Translations under genes and position numbers: made by a program | The notes under the pieces: model-generated | What the model was told of the DNA's origin: nothing | Database searches by the model: none | The model's input: only the letters and a program-made list of their open reading frames with translations | Assembly: GCA_947475005.1 (NCBI GenBank) | Contig: CANJLI010000001.1 | Span: forward strand, 5,010 to 69,009 | Origin: Deltaproteobacteria bacterium | Lineage (GTDB): Bacteria > Bdellovibrionota_B > Oligoflexia > Oligoflexales > Bog-1112 | Direction of reading: 5' to 3' | Length of the DNA stretch: 64,000 bases | Shown: positions 28,218 to 38,619 of the stretch, one piece after another | Layout: the number at the start of each line of letters is the position of its first letter | Numbering within the stretch: the first letter of the stretch is position 1

Positions 28218-29466
28218 TACCAAAAGCCATAACCATCACCAGCAACCCTGATGCCACTCCCAAGACAATGAAGCCAAAGGTCCAAATCGAGGGATTGTGA
28301 ATCAAATTCACCAGCGCCATCATGACACTGAGAGCTGCATAGTAGAGGGCGCCAAAAATAGCCCCTGCACGTCCCAAACAATCTTGGTAGTCAACCAAGG
28401 CTTGACTAAAGATACTAGGAAGCGTCATCACAATGCCTACGAACACAAGCCCACTGGTTGCCATCAACCAGATAATCTGCAGATGTCTTTCCCACACGTC
28501 AAAATGAAATAAACTGGGAGCTAGATAAAGAAGCCCACTCACGATGGTAGTCTGCAGCCCCAATCGAATGATAAAGGCCGGAGACTTCTTTTTTTCCGTA
28601 AGCCAAGTGGAAATTTTGCCTGCCACAAAACTACCGCTTCCCACCGCAAGGCCCAACCACCCATATTGCGTTTTAGAAAGATGCAAGGTTTCCATAAAGA
28701 CAAAGGGGCTCTCCCCATAGCAAGAAAAAACCATGCAGTTCAGTCCCGAAACTAATAAGACATAGATCCAAATTTGGGGATCTCGCAACACACGTTTGCA
28801 TACAGACCAGAGTTGAAATTTTTCCGGCTCCAGACGTACGGGCAATGTCTCTGGCAACAGACAAAGACTCACTCCCAACAAAACTATTCCCATTAAAATT
28901 AAAAATATAAAAATAGCTTGGAAGTAAAATAACTCTGCCAAATAGCCACCCAACAAAGGACCGACGGCAGGGGCAAAAGCGAGAGCTTGTGACACCATCG
29001 AAAAAGCTCGAATGCGTTCATGGGGGGTTTGAAAACAATCTCGCAGAATAGTCTGCGTCAACACAGAACCAGCAGCTGCACCAAAGGCTTGGAAAACTCG
29101 AATGATAAGTAAGGTCCAGATGGTAGGACTTGCCCAAAGACCGATACTTGCGAGGGTATAACAGAGAAGACCTGCGATCATGCAAGGCTTTCGGCCCAAG
29201 CGATCTGCCAAGATCCCCCAGAACAAAACGCCCCACGCAAACCCAAAAAAATAAACCGACAGGGTCGCTTGGCTCAAATTTTCAGACACGTGATAGTGGG
29301 CACTTAAGGCAGGTAAAATGGGGGCAAAGATGGTTTCACTAAGCTGAGGAAATCCAATCAACAAGATCAATACCCAAATGGGTACCGAGGCAGGAGGGCC
29401 TAGACCCGAATTTTTTGTTGAATGATCTCCACAGCGCGATCCATGGAAACTCGCTCTTGCCCGCAT
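28189..29466 (-). CDS. Bcr/CflA family MFS multidrug efflux transporter
   Basis: ~12 hydrophobic segments, WGILADRLGRKP motif A, PETL; start uncertain because it overlaps the glyQS end. Confidence 0.85.
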   Translation of the reverse strand: MRARASFHGSRCGDHSTKNSGLGPPASVPIWVLILLIGFPQLSETIFAPILPALSAHYHVSENLSQATLSVYFFGFAWGVLFWGILADRLGRKPCMIAGLLCYTLASIGLWASPTIWTLLIIRVFQAFGAAAGSVLTQTILRDCFQTPHERIRAFSMVSQALAFAPAVGPLLGGYLAELFYFQAIFIFLILMGIVLLGVSLCLLPETLPVRLEPEKFQLWSVCKRVLRDPQIWIYVLLVSGLNCMVFSCYGESPFVFMETLHLSKTQYGWLGLAVGSGSFVAGKISTWLTEKKKSPAFIIRLGLQTTIVSGLLYLAPSLFHFDVWERHLQIIWLMATSGLVFVGIVMTLPSIFSQALVDYQDCLGRAGAIFGALYYAALSVMMALVNLIHNPSIWTFGFIVLGVASGLLVMVMAFGKGLGTATFL

Positions 29467-30896
29467 GTATCCCTGTCTCGAATGGTCACACATCCGTCCT
29501 GTAGACTCTCACTATCTATGGTAACACAGAATGGCGTTCCGATCTCATCCTGCTTGGCATACCGCTTTCCGATGGATTGTTGCTCTTCGTAGGTGACATA
29601 AATATCTTGGTCACGAAAAGCTTGTACAAGTTTTTTGGCAAGTTCCGGTTGCCCATCTTTTTTAACCAATGGCAAAATTGCAGCTTTGTACGGGGCCAAA
29701 CGGGGATGTAGCTTCAAGTACATGCGCTCTTTTCCATCAACCGTCTCCTCTCGATATGCATCCACCAAGACACTCAAGAAAGTACGGGTGAGGCCCAAAG
29801 CTGGCTCCACCACATACGGCGTATAGCGCCAGCCGATTTTGCCAGTCTCTGGATCCGATTTTTGCTGGTCTAAATAACTGAGCTTAACTCCAGAATGAGC
29901 TGCATGTTTTTTCAAATCATAATCCGTACGAGAAGCAATTCCCTCCAGCTCATCCCATCCCCACGGATATAAGAATTCGATGTCGTAACATGCATCGGAA
30001 TAGTGAGCCAATTCCTTGGCAGTGTGCTCACGCAAGCGATAGCTTTCTGGAGAATTGGAAAAACGTCGATGCCAGGCCAAACGTTCCTCAGTCCAATATG
30101 CCATCCACTCCTTTTGCGTACCTGGCTCACAGAAAAATTCCATTTCCATTTGCTCAAATTCACAAGAGCGAAAAATAAAATGCTCTACAATGATTTCATT
30201 GCGAAAAGATTTCCCCTGTTGGGCAATCCCAAAGGGAACCTTCATGGAAGCTGTCTGTTGAACGTTGAGAAATTGCACAAACATAGCTTGTGCAGTTTCA
30301 GGTCGCAGAAAAACAGAAGACTGGGTGAGGGCAGTATCGATCTCTTGGTACAACTCTTTGCGAGAAAGTTTTTCAAGCTCCACAGTTTCCATAACCGCTT
30401 GTAGAGGATCCACCGGGCCCATTACGGTACGAAACATACCCCGAAACATCCGCTCGGCACTCAATAAAGTACTGTTACATTGGGGGCATACATACCCGCA
30501 TTCCCCCACAGGAGCTGTGATTTTTTCCCCGGAGGCCTTCGCCCCTTTTCGAAACTCCACTACAGTGCCCGCAACCAGCTTGGGGGCTTTATCTGCCCGA
30601 AACCGATTTTGGCAATTGAGACAGTCGACCAAGGGATCCACAAAATTTTGCAAGTGCCCAGAGGCTTCCCAGACTTTGGAATGCATCATGATGGAAGCGT
30701 CGATACCCACCATGTCATCTCGCTGATGCACCATAGAGCGCCACCACTGCTGCGCGATATTACGCTTCAACTCCACACCCAACGGTCCGTAATCATAGCA
30801 AGATTTTAAACCTCCATAGATCTCACTGCTTTGAAAAACGAATCCACGTCGTTTGCACAATGAAACAATTTTACCCATTATATCAGGCTGTTGCAT
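29400..30896 (-). CDS. glyQS: Glycine--tRNA ligase, homodimeric alpha2 type
   Basis: KRRGF..SSEIYGG..DYGPLG, LRPETAQ, GKSFRNEI, ELEGIASRTDYDL, anticodon-binding domain IGKRY..QDEIGTP. Confidence 0.96.
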   Translation of the reverse strand: MQQPDIMGKIVSLCKRRGFVFQSSEIYGGLKSCYDYGPLGVELKRNIAQQWWRSMVHQRDDMVGIDASIMMHSKVWEASGHLQNFVDPLVDCLNCQNRFRADKAPKLVAGTVVEFRKGAKASGEKITAPVGECGYVCPQCNSTLLSAERMFRGMFRTVMGPVDPLQAVMETVELEKLSRKELYQEIDTALTQSSVFLRPETAQAMFVQFLNVQQTASMKVPFGIAQQGKSFRNEIIVEHFIFRSCEFEQMEMEFFCEPGTQKEWMAYWTEERLAWHRRFSNSPESYRLREHTAKELAHYSDACYDIEFLYPWGWDELEGIASRTDYDLKKHAAHSGVKLSYLDQQKSDPETGKIGWRYTPYVVEPALGLTRTFLSVLVDAYREETVDGKERMYLKLHPRLAPYKAAILPLVKKDGQPELAKKLVQAFRDQDIYVTYEEQQSIGKRYAKQDEIGTPFCVTIDSESLQDGCVTIRDRDTCGQERVSMDRAVEIIQQKIRV

Positions 30897-31031
30897 ACAT
30901 TCTCCCACGCATACAATTATGATGCATCTATTTATCCAAACAAAACAGTTGGATCTTTTACTCGTAACTCGATAGAATTTCTACATATTTTTAACTTATC
31001 TAACAACCGATCCAACGCAAAAGGCAAAGAA

Positions 31032-31724
31032 ATGGCTTTCTTTCCTCAGTTTCAACAGCCCATTGGGGCAGCATTGACAGTACTTTGTACCTTATTTTCT
31101 GCCGGAGTAGTAGAGGCAAGCTTACCTGATTGTTCAGATGCAGGGGCTGTAAAAGTTGGAGTTGCCAATCCCGATGCTCATGACGACGGGGAAAAACTAG
31201 GTAACGGCTTCTATCGGTTCAAAGGAAAAGCGGCTTGTTCACTCACGCTACCATTTGTAGCAGATCGTATCCAAACGCTGAAGCACGCCTATGGAGAGTT
31301 TCATACCACCCAACCTGGGTTCACCTTAAACCGTCACAGTCAACACCCGGAGCAAGGAAATGGGGATTGGATTTTTACTGGGGAAATGCATAAGAAAGAA
31401 CCATATAAAACTTGGATCACCTACGAACACCAATTCACGGGACAAAAAGATCTAGTCTTCAAGGCAAAAGCCCTTGCCCTTCGAGGCGAAGGGGATGGAA
31501 AAGCTTTGAAAGCAGAAAATGTTGAGTTTTCCTTAACCTGGGTCGCCAATTTTGATGAAGGAAAAAGCCTCTGGAGATTGACCTTCGAACGTGAAGTCCA
31601 GGTCGATGTGCCAGGGCCAGGCAGGATGTTTGTAGGTGAGGCTTGGAGGAGAATTCGCAAAAGTATAAAGGGGTCCATCCTAGAGCTAGCGACAAATCTG
31701 CATGAACTTGCAGCGAACCCCTAG
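31032..31724 (+). CDS. Hypothetical exported protein
   Basis: ORF from MAFFPQ with signal-like hydrophobic segment; no recognised family. Confidence 0.55.
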   Translation: MAFFPQFQQPIGAALTVLCTLFSAGVVEASLPDCSDAGAVKVGVANPDAHDDGEKLGNGFYRFKGKAACSLTLPFVADRIQTLKHAYGEFHTTQPGFTLNRHSQHPEQGNGDWIFTGEMHKKEPYKTWITYEHQFTGQKDLVFKAKALALRGEGDGKALKAENVEFSLTWVANFDEGKSLWRLTFEREVQVDVPGPGRMFVGEAWRRIRKSIKGSILELATNLHELAANP

Positions 31725-31734
31725 CACACTAGAA

Positions 31735-33705
31735 TCACGGTACTGCGATGGTTTTCACCAATGGGATTCTGTTCGTACCGCTCACCGTTAGCGTAACCTT
31801 TTTTCCATGCGGCAAAGACAACGCGGGGAAAACCGCACGCCCATTTGCATCACTCATGGTCGTTGCTAACAATCGATGACGAGAGGTTAGCGTAACGCGC
31901 AAGTCCGCTTCTTGTACATTCAATTGAAGTCCAGGTGCTACTCCCGTTGAAAAAGAAGGGGTTACCCTCAATGGAGTAGGGGCATGTGTACGCAAGACCA
32001 CCGTAGGGTCTCCAAAAATATGCCACGTTTGAAACGTTTGTGCCGCATCACTGGAACCATCCTCCAATACAGCCAAAGAACCATCTAGCATCAATGCACC
32101 CACATGGGTGGCATTTCCACTCGCTACTAACTTAGAAATCGCAAGCTGTCCCACAGTAGGGGGTACCCATGCTTGATTGGTAGAAGAAGCAAAGATAGCC
32201 AAGGCCCCAACCGGTTGCGTCGGTGTACCTGCTTTTAACCATCGCTCTGCAAACACATCTCCACCTGTATACGCAAAACGTCCATTCACACAAGCCACAC
32301 TGATGATCACGGGGAGCTTACCCACATTGGAAAGTTCATTTATATCTTGGTTTGCAAAATATCCGGTAATCCAACTCGATTCCGTTCCATGCCCAATGTA
32401 GTTGATCAAGGAAGCTCCATTATTAATGGAGTCTGAAATATTCGAAGCTGTTACACGTGGATCATAAAGTTGATCCACATCTCGGTAAGACCCACCTAAG
32501 AGAGCCGTACGTACGTAATCAGCTCGTGCTCCATCGCTTGGGTTTCCCTCTGCACTGGCAATCCCGATGGCATGCTCATACCAATCCCCATCTGTCGGAT
32601 ATTTTTCGTATGCAATGCTACGGTTAATCACATTGGCAAGCTCTACCGTCGTCTTAACAGAGAATCGAGCCACGATGAGATCTGGATATCCACTGGAGTT
32701 AAAAACCCCATATAAAGGGTCCGCTTCATTTTTATACGCATTACCAGCTGTACCTGGATAGAAGGGCACAAACTCTGAATCTCCAACCAAGAGGACATAA
32801 GCTAGCTTTGGATTGTTTCTGTAAGCATTTTGAATGTAATTTTTAATTGCAGTCGGCGTATTTCCTGCGCTGGATAAGGCAACCACCTGGGTGGAAAATC
32901 CCATCTGCATTTTCCAATCTACAAACGGGGTTAGTGCAGTGGTAAATCGCGGATGGGTGATAATCAAGAGATCTCCCAACTCTCGAGCATTACTGCCTCG
33001 CATCTGTGAGTTTGCCAAGTTTTTATGGTTGAGAAATTGGTTTTGATACAGAAGGGTAAACGCTTCGTTATCATGAGTATCCACCGCATTTTCCGCGCGC
33101 ATCTTCTCTGTAGAAGTAATTTCAATTACAAGTCTTTGATACACGAGAGTAGAGCGACTCTTTGGCAGATAAGAAAACGGATGGATTTGAAGAGTTACCC
33201 CATGAGCTTTACGGAACTGAAAAGGACTAGAGAGAGATACCACCGCATTCGGAAAAGAGGCTCGCTTTCCAGCCCCTTGGTAGAAAGGATCAAACGTAAA
33301 GGCAACTTCCTTTGGGTCTACATCACGAAGGATACTCCCTTTGCTAGGGGCTACATCACCCAATTGAAAACTTTGATGCTCCTCCTCTTTTACGGTTACC
33401 TCTACTGCACTTGCATCTCCAATTTCAATATTTTGATAAATTTTTGGTAATTGGGGCATGCCTTTTTCTGTCAAAATACCCGCATCCTCTACGGATAAGA
33501 TCTGATAAGGGACGCGATTGATCCGTATGGGAGTCGCTTCAAAATGATGCAACGTAAATTCCAAGACCGTATGATGTAGATCCGATTCAAGAACCTCAAG
33601 GGAATAAGATTGTGACTCGGTATCCAGGACAAAACTTTTGGCCTGTAGCCCTTGAGCCAACATACCGACTAGCAGGAACCCCACTAATTTTATAGCCGCT
33701 TTCAT
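31735..33705 (-). CDS. C25 (gingipain-family) cysteine peptidase with propeptide
   Basis: Signal peptide; G.PQLP and PSKG propeptide motifs; YVLLVGD, NYIGHG, SVACVNG catalytic His/Cys, W.IFGDP. Confidence 0.9.
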   Translation of the reverse strand: MKAAIKLVGFLLVGMLAQGLQAKSFVLDTESQSYSLEVLESDLHHTVLEFTLHHFEATPIRINRVPYQILSVEDAGILTEKGMPQLPKIYQNIEIGDASAVEVTVKEEEHQSFQLGDVAPSKGSILRDVDPKEVAFTFDPFYQGAGKRASFPNAVVSLSSPFQFRKAHGVTLQIHPFSYLPKSRSTLVYQRLVIEITSTEKMRAENAVDTHDNEAFTLLYQNQFLNHKNLANSQMRGSNARELGDLLIITHPRFTTALTPFVDWKMQMGFSTQVVALSSAGNTPTAIKNYIQNAYRNNPKLAYVLLVGDSEFVPFYPGTAGNAYKNEADPLYGVFNSSGYPDLIVARFSVKTTVELANVINRSIAYEKYPTDGDWYEHAIGIASAEGNPSDGARADYVRTALLGGSYRDVDQLYDPRVTASNISDSINNGASLINYIGHGTESSWITGYFANQDINELSNVGKLPVIISVACVNGRFAYTGGDVFAERWLKAGTPTQPVGALAIFASSTNQAWVPPTVGQLAISKLVASGNATHVGALMLDGSLAVLEDGSSDAAQTFQTWHIFGDPTVVLRTHAPTPLRVTPSFSTGVAPGLQLNVQEADLRVTLTSRHRLLATTMSDANGRAVFPALSLPHGKKVTLTVSGTNRIPLVKTIAVP

Positions 33706-33847
33706 ACTTCCTCCCCCATGATGAGTGATTCTGGTGGAGGTATCGTCCTATTTATTTAAGATATGAGGGTTTTTTTACTTATTTTGTCAAAAATTATATA
33801 AGATGGGGTTTTTAGGGGAGAATTCTACAGATGGGGATGGGGCACCT

Positions 33848-33967
33848 CCGTCATCCCAAGGCTGCGTAGCTGCCGATGGGATCTCGATAAAAACGCAGGG
33901 ATCCCATACGGTCCCTTCGGGACCTTGGGATGACGGATATACGCTCAAGATGACGGAAATTACACCA
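33848..33967. repeat. REP-like family B (CGTC-type) element with GGAAATTACACCA tail
   Basis: GTCATCCCAAGG...GGGATC...GATCCC...CCTTGGGATGAC; near-identical copies at 44467, 56245 and 59651. Confidence 0.9.
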
Positions 33968-33975
33968 TCTCATAT

Positions 33976-34012
33976 CAAGCAGGATAAAACCGTTCTTGAA
34001 TGCGAGCCTCAA
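33976..34012. repeat. Direct copy of the tkt 3' end (partner at 35211-35247)
   Basis: caagcag(g/c)ataaaaccgttcttgaatgcgagcc(t/c)caa, 2 mismatches in 37 nt. Confidence 0.88.
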
Positions 34013-34040
34013 TTGGCAGAGATCTAAAAAGTGCTATAAT
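34013..34040 (+). promoter_or_regulatory. Putative sigma-70 promoter of the lectin gene
   Basis: TTGGCA-16 nt-TATAAT with extended -10 TG; AGGAG RBS before ATG 34075. Confidence 0.55.
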
Positions 34041-34074
34041 CTAAAAACCATCACCCCGCATAAGGAGAAATTTA

Positions 34075-35175
34075 ATGAAGCTATTTCCTCTAGTTTTTTT
34101 CAGCAGCATGCTGATACAATGCACGCCGAGCCAAAAAGCAGATAGCAGCAGTAATCAGAGCCAAGCTTCAGCAATAGCCTCCCAACAATCTCCATTTCAA
34201 CTTACCGCTGACGAGTGTACGCAACTTTCCGGTGACTCAACTTGCAGCAACCTCAGCTTATCCTATACGCCTGGCAGCCAGGTTCAACTTCACAACACCA
34301 CGGAGACTCACTGCAAAGATGTGTTACATGGCACGTGGATATCACCAGGAGATTGTTCATTTACTTTGGATAAATTTTCCAGACATTCATTAAAATGTGT
34401 GAATACAGTGGATGCGACAGATAAAAAGCCTTGCTACATCACCGTTACAGTAGAAAAAAACGATACAGATACGAATACAGATACGAATACAGAAAATTCC
34501 TATGAAATCCAAATTAATCATTTATTGGCAATGAATCAAGCATTCAGCTACAAAGCCTGCAATGGCATTACGGGAAAAGTGGAGAACACTCTCACCTTAG
34601 ACTCAGATGCGATTCAGTATGTAGATGCATCAAAAATAAAATGTTCTGGCGCCACTATCACTGACCCTGACACCGAGGTTCTCTCTTTTCCCAAAGATTT
34701 TGGCAGTCCGCCCATAAAAAAGCTTGATGATGGGACCTTTCGATTAACCAATAATTTCTTAGGGATGGGAAGGTGTTTAGATACGTATAGTGGCTCTAAC
34801 AATCGAGCCTTTATGGAGGATTGTGCCAGTAATACCTCTGGTACTTTTTGGCATCTCATTCCGGTACCCAAGGGTAACGGCTTTCGATTAAGTAATATGT
34901 TTCTGCCCAATAAGTGTTTAGACATTAACATCAGCGCGTCTAGCAATTTTATATTTATGGAAGATTGCGCAAAAAACACAGCCGGCTCAGTTTGGGAGCA
35001 AACGCCCACTAAAACTGGCTCATTTCAGTTGATCAACACATCTACTTCTAAATGTTTAGATACGGATAGTGATAGTGGTTCTCAAAATTCAGCCTTTTTG
35101 AATGATTGCGCAAACAATACCCCTGGTTCTTTTTGGTTAAAAATTTCCAATAAAGGCGGCGTTCTGCCGCAGTAA
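34075..35175 (+). CDS. Lipoprotein with C-terminal ricin-B-type beta-trefoil lectin domain
   Basis: LIQC lipobox-like; three repeats F.L.N....CLD.....AF..DCA.NT.G..W. Confidence 0.8.
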   Translation: MKLFPLVFFSSMLIQCTPSQKADSSSNQSQASAIASQQSPFQLTADECTQLSGDSTCSNLSLSYTPGSQVQLHNTTETHCKDVLHGTWISPGDCSFTLDKFSRHSLKCVNTVDATDKKPCYITVTVEKNDTDTNTDTNTENSYEIQINHLLAMNQAFSYKACNGITGKVENTLTLDSDAIQYVDASKIKCSGATITDPDTEVLSFPKDFGSPPIKKLDDGTFRLTNNFLGMGRCLDTYSGSNNRAFMEDCASNTSGTFWHLIPVPKGNGFRLSNMFLPNKCLDINISASSNFIFMEDCAKNTAGSVWEQTPTKTGSFQLINTSTSKCLDTDSDSGSQNSAFLNDCANNTPGSFWLKISNKGGVLPQ

Positions 35176-35206
35176 TGTCCTGCAATCTCCAGCGATCCTC
35201 TGGTTA

Positions 35207-37189
35207 TCAGCAAGCAGCATAAAACCGTTCTTGAATGCGAGCCCCAACGGCTTGGGGGGTAAACCCATATTCCTTTGCCAGAACACTTGCCGGCGCACTA
35301 GCCCCGAAGTGATCGAGTCCGATAAGCAGCCCGTTTCCTGCAAATCTTTCCCAACCTAAAGTAGAACCTGCTTCAATGGAAACTCGTTTTGTACAAGACC
35401 ATTGAAAAATTTCAGCTTGGTATTCCTTGTCTTGGGCAAAGAAAATCTCCCAACAGGGAACGGACACCACCTGAATCGAACCCTTAGAAACCCAACCCTG
35501 GGCTGCAACCCAAGCTGCTGTCTCAAGAGCCAACCCAACCTCACTTCCTGTAGCGAAGAAGAGCAGCTCCACTTCTTTTTCAGCTCGTTGTACGATCCAA
35601 GCACCTTTGCTTGCAAGCTCTGCAGAATGAGGCAAATGCGGTACCTTTTGACGAGTTACACAGATGCAGCTCGGGGCCTGCAATTGAAGAGCTACTGTGC
35701 ACATGATCTCGGTCTCATGAGGATCTGCAGGACGCATGACATACAGATCCGGAATGGCTCGCAGACTCATGACATGCTCCACCGGTTGATGGGTAGGCCC
35801 ATCCTCTCCCAGATGAAACGAATCGTGACTAAATTCGTGAATCACACAAACCTTCTGGATGGCGCCAAGTCGAAGGGCAGGTCGAGAGTAATCGGCAAAA
35901 GACAGAAAGGTCGCATCGAAAGGAATGAGGCCCCCATGAAGAGCGATGCCATTAGAAATAGCCGACATAGGAAACTCTCGGACTCCAAAGGCAATGTTGC
36001 GACCTGCACGATTTGCAGGGGTAAAGTCACCAACAATCTTAGCAAATCCTTCGGTCATGTTGGACGGATCCAAATCTGCACTGCCACCCACAAAGTTAGG
36101 CACCGTACGCGCCCAATGCTCCAAGATTTTTCCAAAGGCCTGACGCGTGGCAAGCTCTTGGGTACGATCCCACTGGAGCGGAGCGACTACGGGTGTTACA
36201 CCGGACTTTGGAAAATATGTAGAGTAGCGAGTTTGAAAATCAGCATCCTTACAACGAGTTTGCAATTTTTCTTGCCATGCGTAAGCTTCTTTTTCACGAA
36301 GAGAAAAATTACGCTGAAAATGTTGGGACACATCTGCAGGCCAGTAAAAGCGTTCGCTCTCTGGAAGTCCCAATTTCTCTCGTGTGCGAGTACGTTCGTC
36401 TTTAGAGAAAGGAGCTCCGTGAGAATGGTGACTGTCTTCTAAGGAGTAAGCTCCCTTTGCAATGGTGGTGTCACCGATGATCAGAAGGGGCTTTTTGCGC
36501 GGACTGCGCGCGTAGGCCAACGCTTTGCGAATGGCATCGTGATCGTGTCCATTGATCGCTAAAGTCTCCCAACCAAAACCTGCAAATACTTTTGCTTCAT
36601 CATCAGAATAGGCTCGATCAATGTCACCTGCAATTTGCTTGCGGTTCTTGTCATAAAACCAAACCAAGTTACTCAACTTTTGATGCCCAGCAAAAGAAGC
36701 ACTGGCAAGGGTAATGCATTCTTGCATGCAGCCATCCCCAAGCAGAGTCCAAATGGTGTACCCAAAAAGTTCTGGATCCAAAGTAGCTGCAAGATGGCTT
36801 GCTGCGACAGCAAAGCCTACGGACATACCACAGCCTTGTCCCAAAGGACCGGTGGTACACTCTACGCCTGGAGTAATTCCATTTTCTGGATGTCCGGGTG
36901 TGCGAGAGTGAAGCTGGCGAAACTGAGCCAAATCTTCGGACTCGAGCCACCCGATGCCACGCAGCAAACTATATTGCAACATGGACATGTGACCTGCGCT
37001 GAGAATAAAACGATCTCGTCCCAGCCAATGTGAATTTTTGGGATCAAATCGCAACGCTTCTGTAAAAAGCAGGTACGCAAAATCCATAGCACCGAGAGCC
37101 CCCCCTGGGTGCCCCGATTGCGCACTATCCACACCATCCAGCACGAGACCTTTTAAACAATTTAGCGTACGAACATCGAGGGTATTCAA
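35207..37189 (-). CDS. tkt: Transketolase
   Basis: SGHPG, RDRFILSAGH, TPGHPE, TGPLGQG, GDGC, FGVREF, GEDGPTHQP. Confidence 0.97.
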   Translation of the reverse strand: MNTLDVRTLNCLKGLVLDGVDSAQSGHPGGALGAMDFAYLLFTEALRFDPKNSHWLGRDRFILSAGHMSMLQYSLLRGIGWLESEDLAQFRQLHSRTPGHPENGITPGVECTTGPLGQGCGMSVGFAVAASHLAATLDPELFGYTIWTLLGDGCMQECITLASASFAGHQKLSNLVWFYDKNRKQIAGDIDRAYSDDEAKVFAGFGWETLAINGHDHDAIRKALAYARSPRKKPLLIIGDTTIAKGAYSLEDSHHSHGAPFSKDERTRTREKLGLPESERFYWPADVSQHFQRNFSLREKEAYAWQEKLQTRCKDADFQTRYSTYFPKSGVTPVVAPLQWDRTQELATRQAFGKILEHWARTVPNFVGGSADLDPSNMTEGFAKIVGDFTPANRAGRNIAFGVREFPMSAISNGIALHGGLIPFDATFLSFADYSRPALRLGAIQKVCVIHEFSHDSFHLGEDGPTHQPVEHVMSLRAIPDLYVMRPADPHETEIMCTVALQLQAPSCICVTRQKVPHLPHSAELASKGAWIVQRAEKEVELLFFATGSEVGLALETAAWVAAQGWVSKGSIQVVSVPCWEIFFAQDKEYQAEIFQWSCTKRVSIEAGSTLGWERFAGNGLLIGLDHFGASAPASVLAKEYGFTPQAVGARIQERFYAAC

Positions 37190-37207
37190 ACCGTAGTTTC
37201 CTTCTGG

Positions 37208-38248
37208 CTATAGAAAATATTTTTTCGCCATGTCGTCAAGAGACATTTGTCGAATCTTAGAGGCTTGACCCGCTTGACCAAAGGCGATCATTCTCTCCTT
37301 CACGACCTGTTTCATAGCATCTCGCGCCGGTTTTAAATAGAAGCGAGGATCAAATTCTGCAGGCGAAGTTGCAAATGCTTTGCGGATAGCAGCCGTAATG
37401 GCGAGGCGATTGTCCGTGTCCACATTAATCTTGCGAACCCCATTTTGGATGCCGCGCTGAATCTCCTCCACAGGAACCCCATAGGTTTGCTTGATTTTCC
37501 CCCCGTACTGGTTGATGGCATCCTGCAAATCCTGAGGTACCGAAGAAGAGCCGTGCATCACCAAGTGGGTATTGGGAAGGCGGCGATGAATTTCCATGAT
37601 GCGATCCATAGCCAAGATGGCGCCATCGGGCTTGCGGGAGAACTTGTAGGCACCGTGGCTGGTACCTACGGCCACAGCAAGGGCATCGACGCCGGTAATG
37701 CGCACAAATTCTTCGGCTTCTTTCGGATCCGTAAGGAGCTGGTCACGATGTAAAGTTCCCTCAAACCCGTGGCCATCCTCCTTCTCACCCTCCCCTGTTT
37801 CCAACGATCCCAAACATCCAAGCTCGCCTTCCACAGACACACCGAAGGCATGGGCAACATCCACAACCCGTTTGGTTACCGCGCAGTTATACTCGAAATC
37901 AGCGGGCGTTTTGGCATCCTCTTTCAAGGAGCCATCCATCATCACCGAGGTGAACCCTTGTTTGATGGCAGAAAAGCAGGTTTGAGGGCTGTTACCGTGG
38001 TCTTGGTGCATCACCACCGGGATCTCAGGATACAGCTCTACAGCGGCCAGCATCAAATGGCGCAAATAGTTATCCTGGGAATAGCTCCGCGCTCCGCGAG
38101 AAGCTTGAATAATCACGGGGCTTTCAGTTTCGCGGGCGGCTTCCATGATGGATTGGATTTGCTCCATGTTGTTCACATTGAAAGCACCGACGCCGTATTT
38201 ATGTTCAGCGGCATGATCAAGTAAGGCGCGTAAAGGAATTAAAGCCAT
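37208..38248 (-). CDS. fba: Fructose-bisphosphate aldolase class II
   Basis: [42 protein letters not shown]. Confidence 0.97.
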   Translation of the reverse strand: MALIPLRALLDHAAEHKYGVGAFNVNNMEQIQSIMEAARETESPVIIQASRGARSYSQDNYLRHLMLAAVELYPEIPVVMHQDHGNSPQTCFSAIKQGFTSVMMDGSLKEDAKTPADFEYNCAVTKRVVDVAHAFGVSVEGELGCLGSLETGEGEKEDGHGFEGTLHRDQLLTDPKEAEEFVRITGVDALAVAVGTSHGAYKFSRKPDGAILAMDRIMEIHRRLPNTHLVMHGSSSVPQDLQDAINQYGGKIKQTYGVPVEEIQRGIQNGVRKINVDTDNRLAITAAIRKAFATSPAEFDPRFYLKPARDAMKQVVKERMIAFGQAGQASKIRQMSLDDMAKKYFL

Positions 38249-38273
38249 TGGTTTCTCCTTTTATTATTTAATT

Positions 38274-38461
38274 AGAGGCAAACTGGAAAAGAACACTGAT
38301 TTTTCGAGCAATCTATCTGTATCCGTCATCCCCAGCGCCCGAAGGGCGCGTCGGGGATCCCCCTCGATCGCGGGAGATGCCCATACGGCCGAGGCGGCCT
38401 GGGCATGACGGATCTTATGCAGAACGGTTGAAAAAACAGCATTCTTTTCCAGTTTGCCTCT
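38274..38461. repeat. Composite element: 20-bp perfect outer inverted repeats enclosing a divergent CGTC-type REP
   Basis: AGAGGCAAACTGGAAAAGAA (38274-38293) and its reverse complement (38442-38461); inner ATCCGTCATCCC...GGGCATGACGGAT. Confidence 0.8.
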
Positions 38462-38619
38462 TATTCTTCTTTTTTAAGGAACTGACATTCTACTACCGCG
38501 AGCCAAAGCTAGCAGGAAGAATATCATCGGCCTAGAAAAACAAAAGAAAAAGGAAAAAAAGAAAAAAATCAGTATATAATTTCCCCCAATGTGATCTCGC
38601 TTCTTAAAAGGACCTCAGC

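Noticed and set aside
34462-34493. 12-bp tandem repeat encoding DTNT in the lectin gene
   Set aside because: Short in-frame linker expansion with no sign of a phase-variation role.
35402-36442. 346-aa plus-strand ORF and similar long antisense ORFs
   Set aside because: Shadow frames of tkt and other well-supported genes, with no recognisable motifs.
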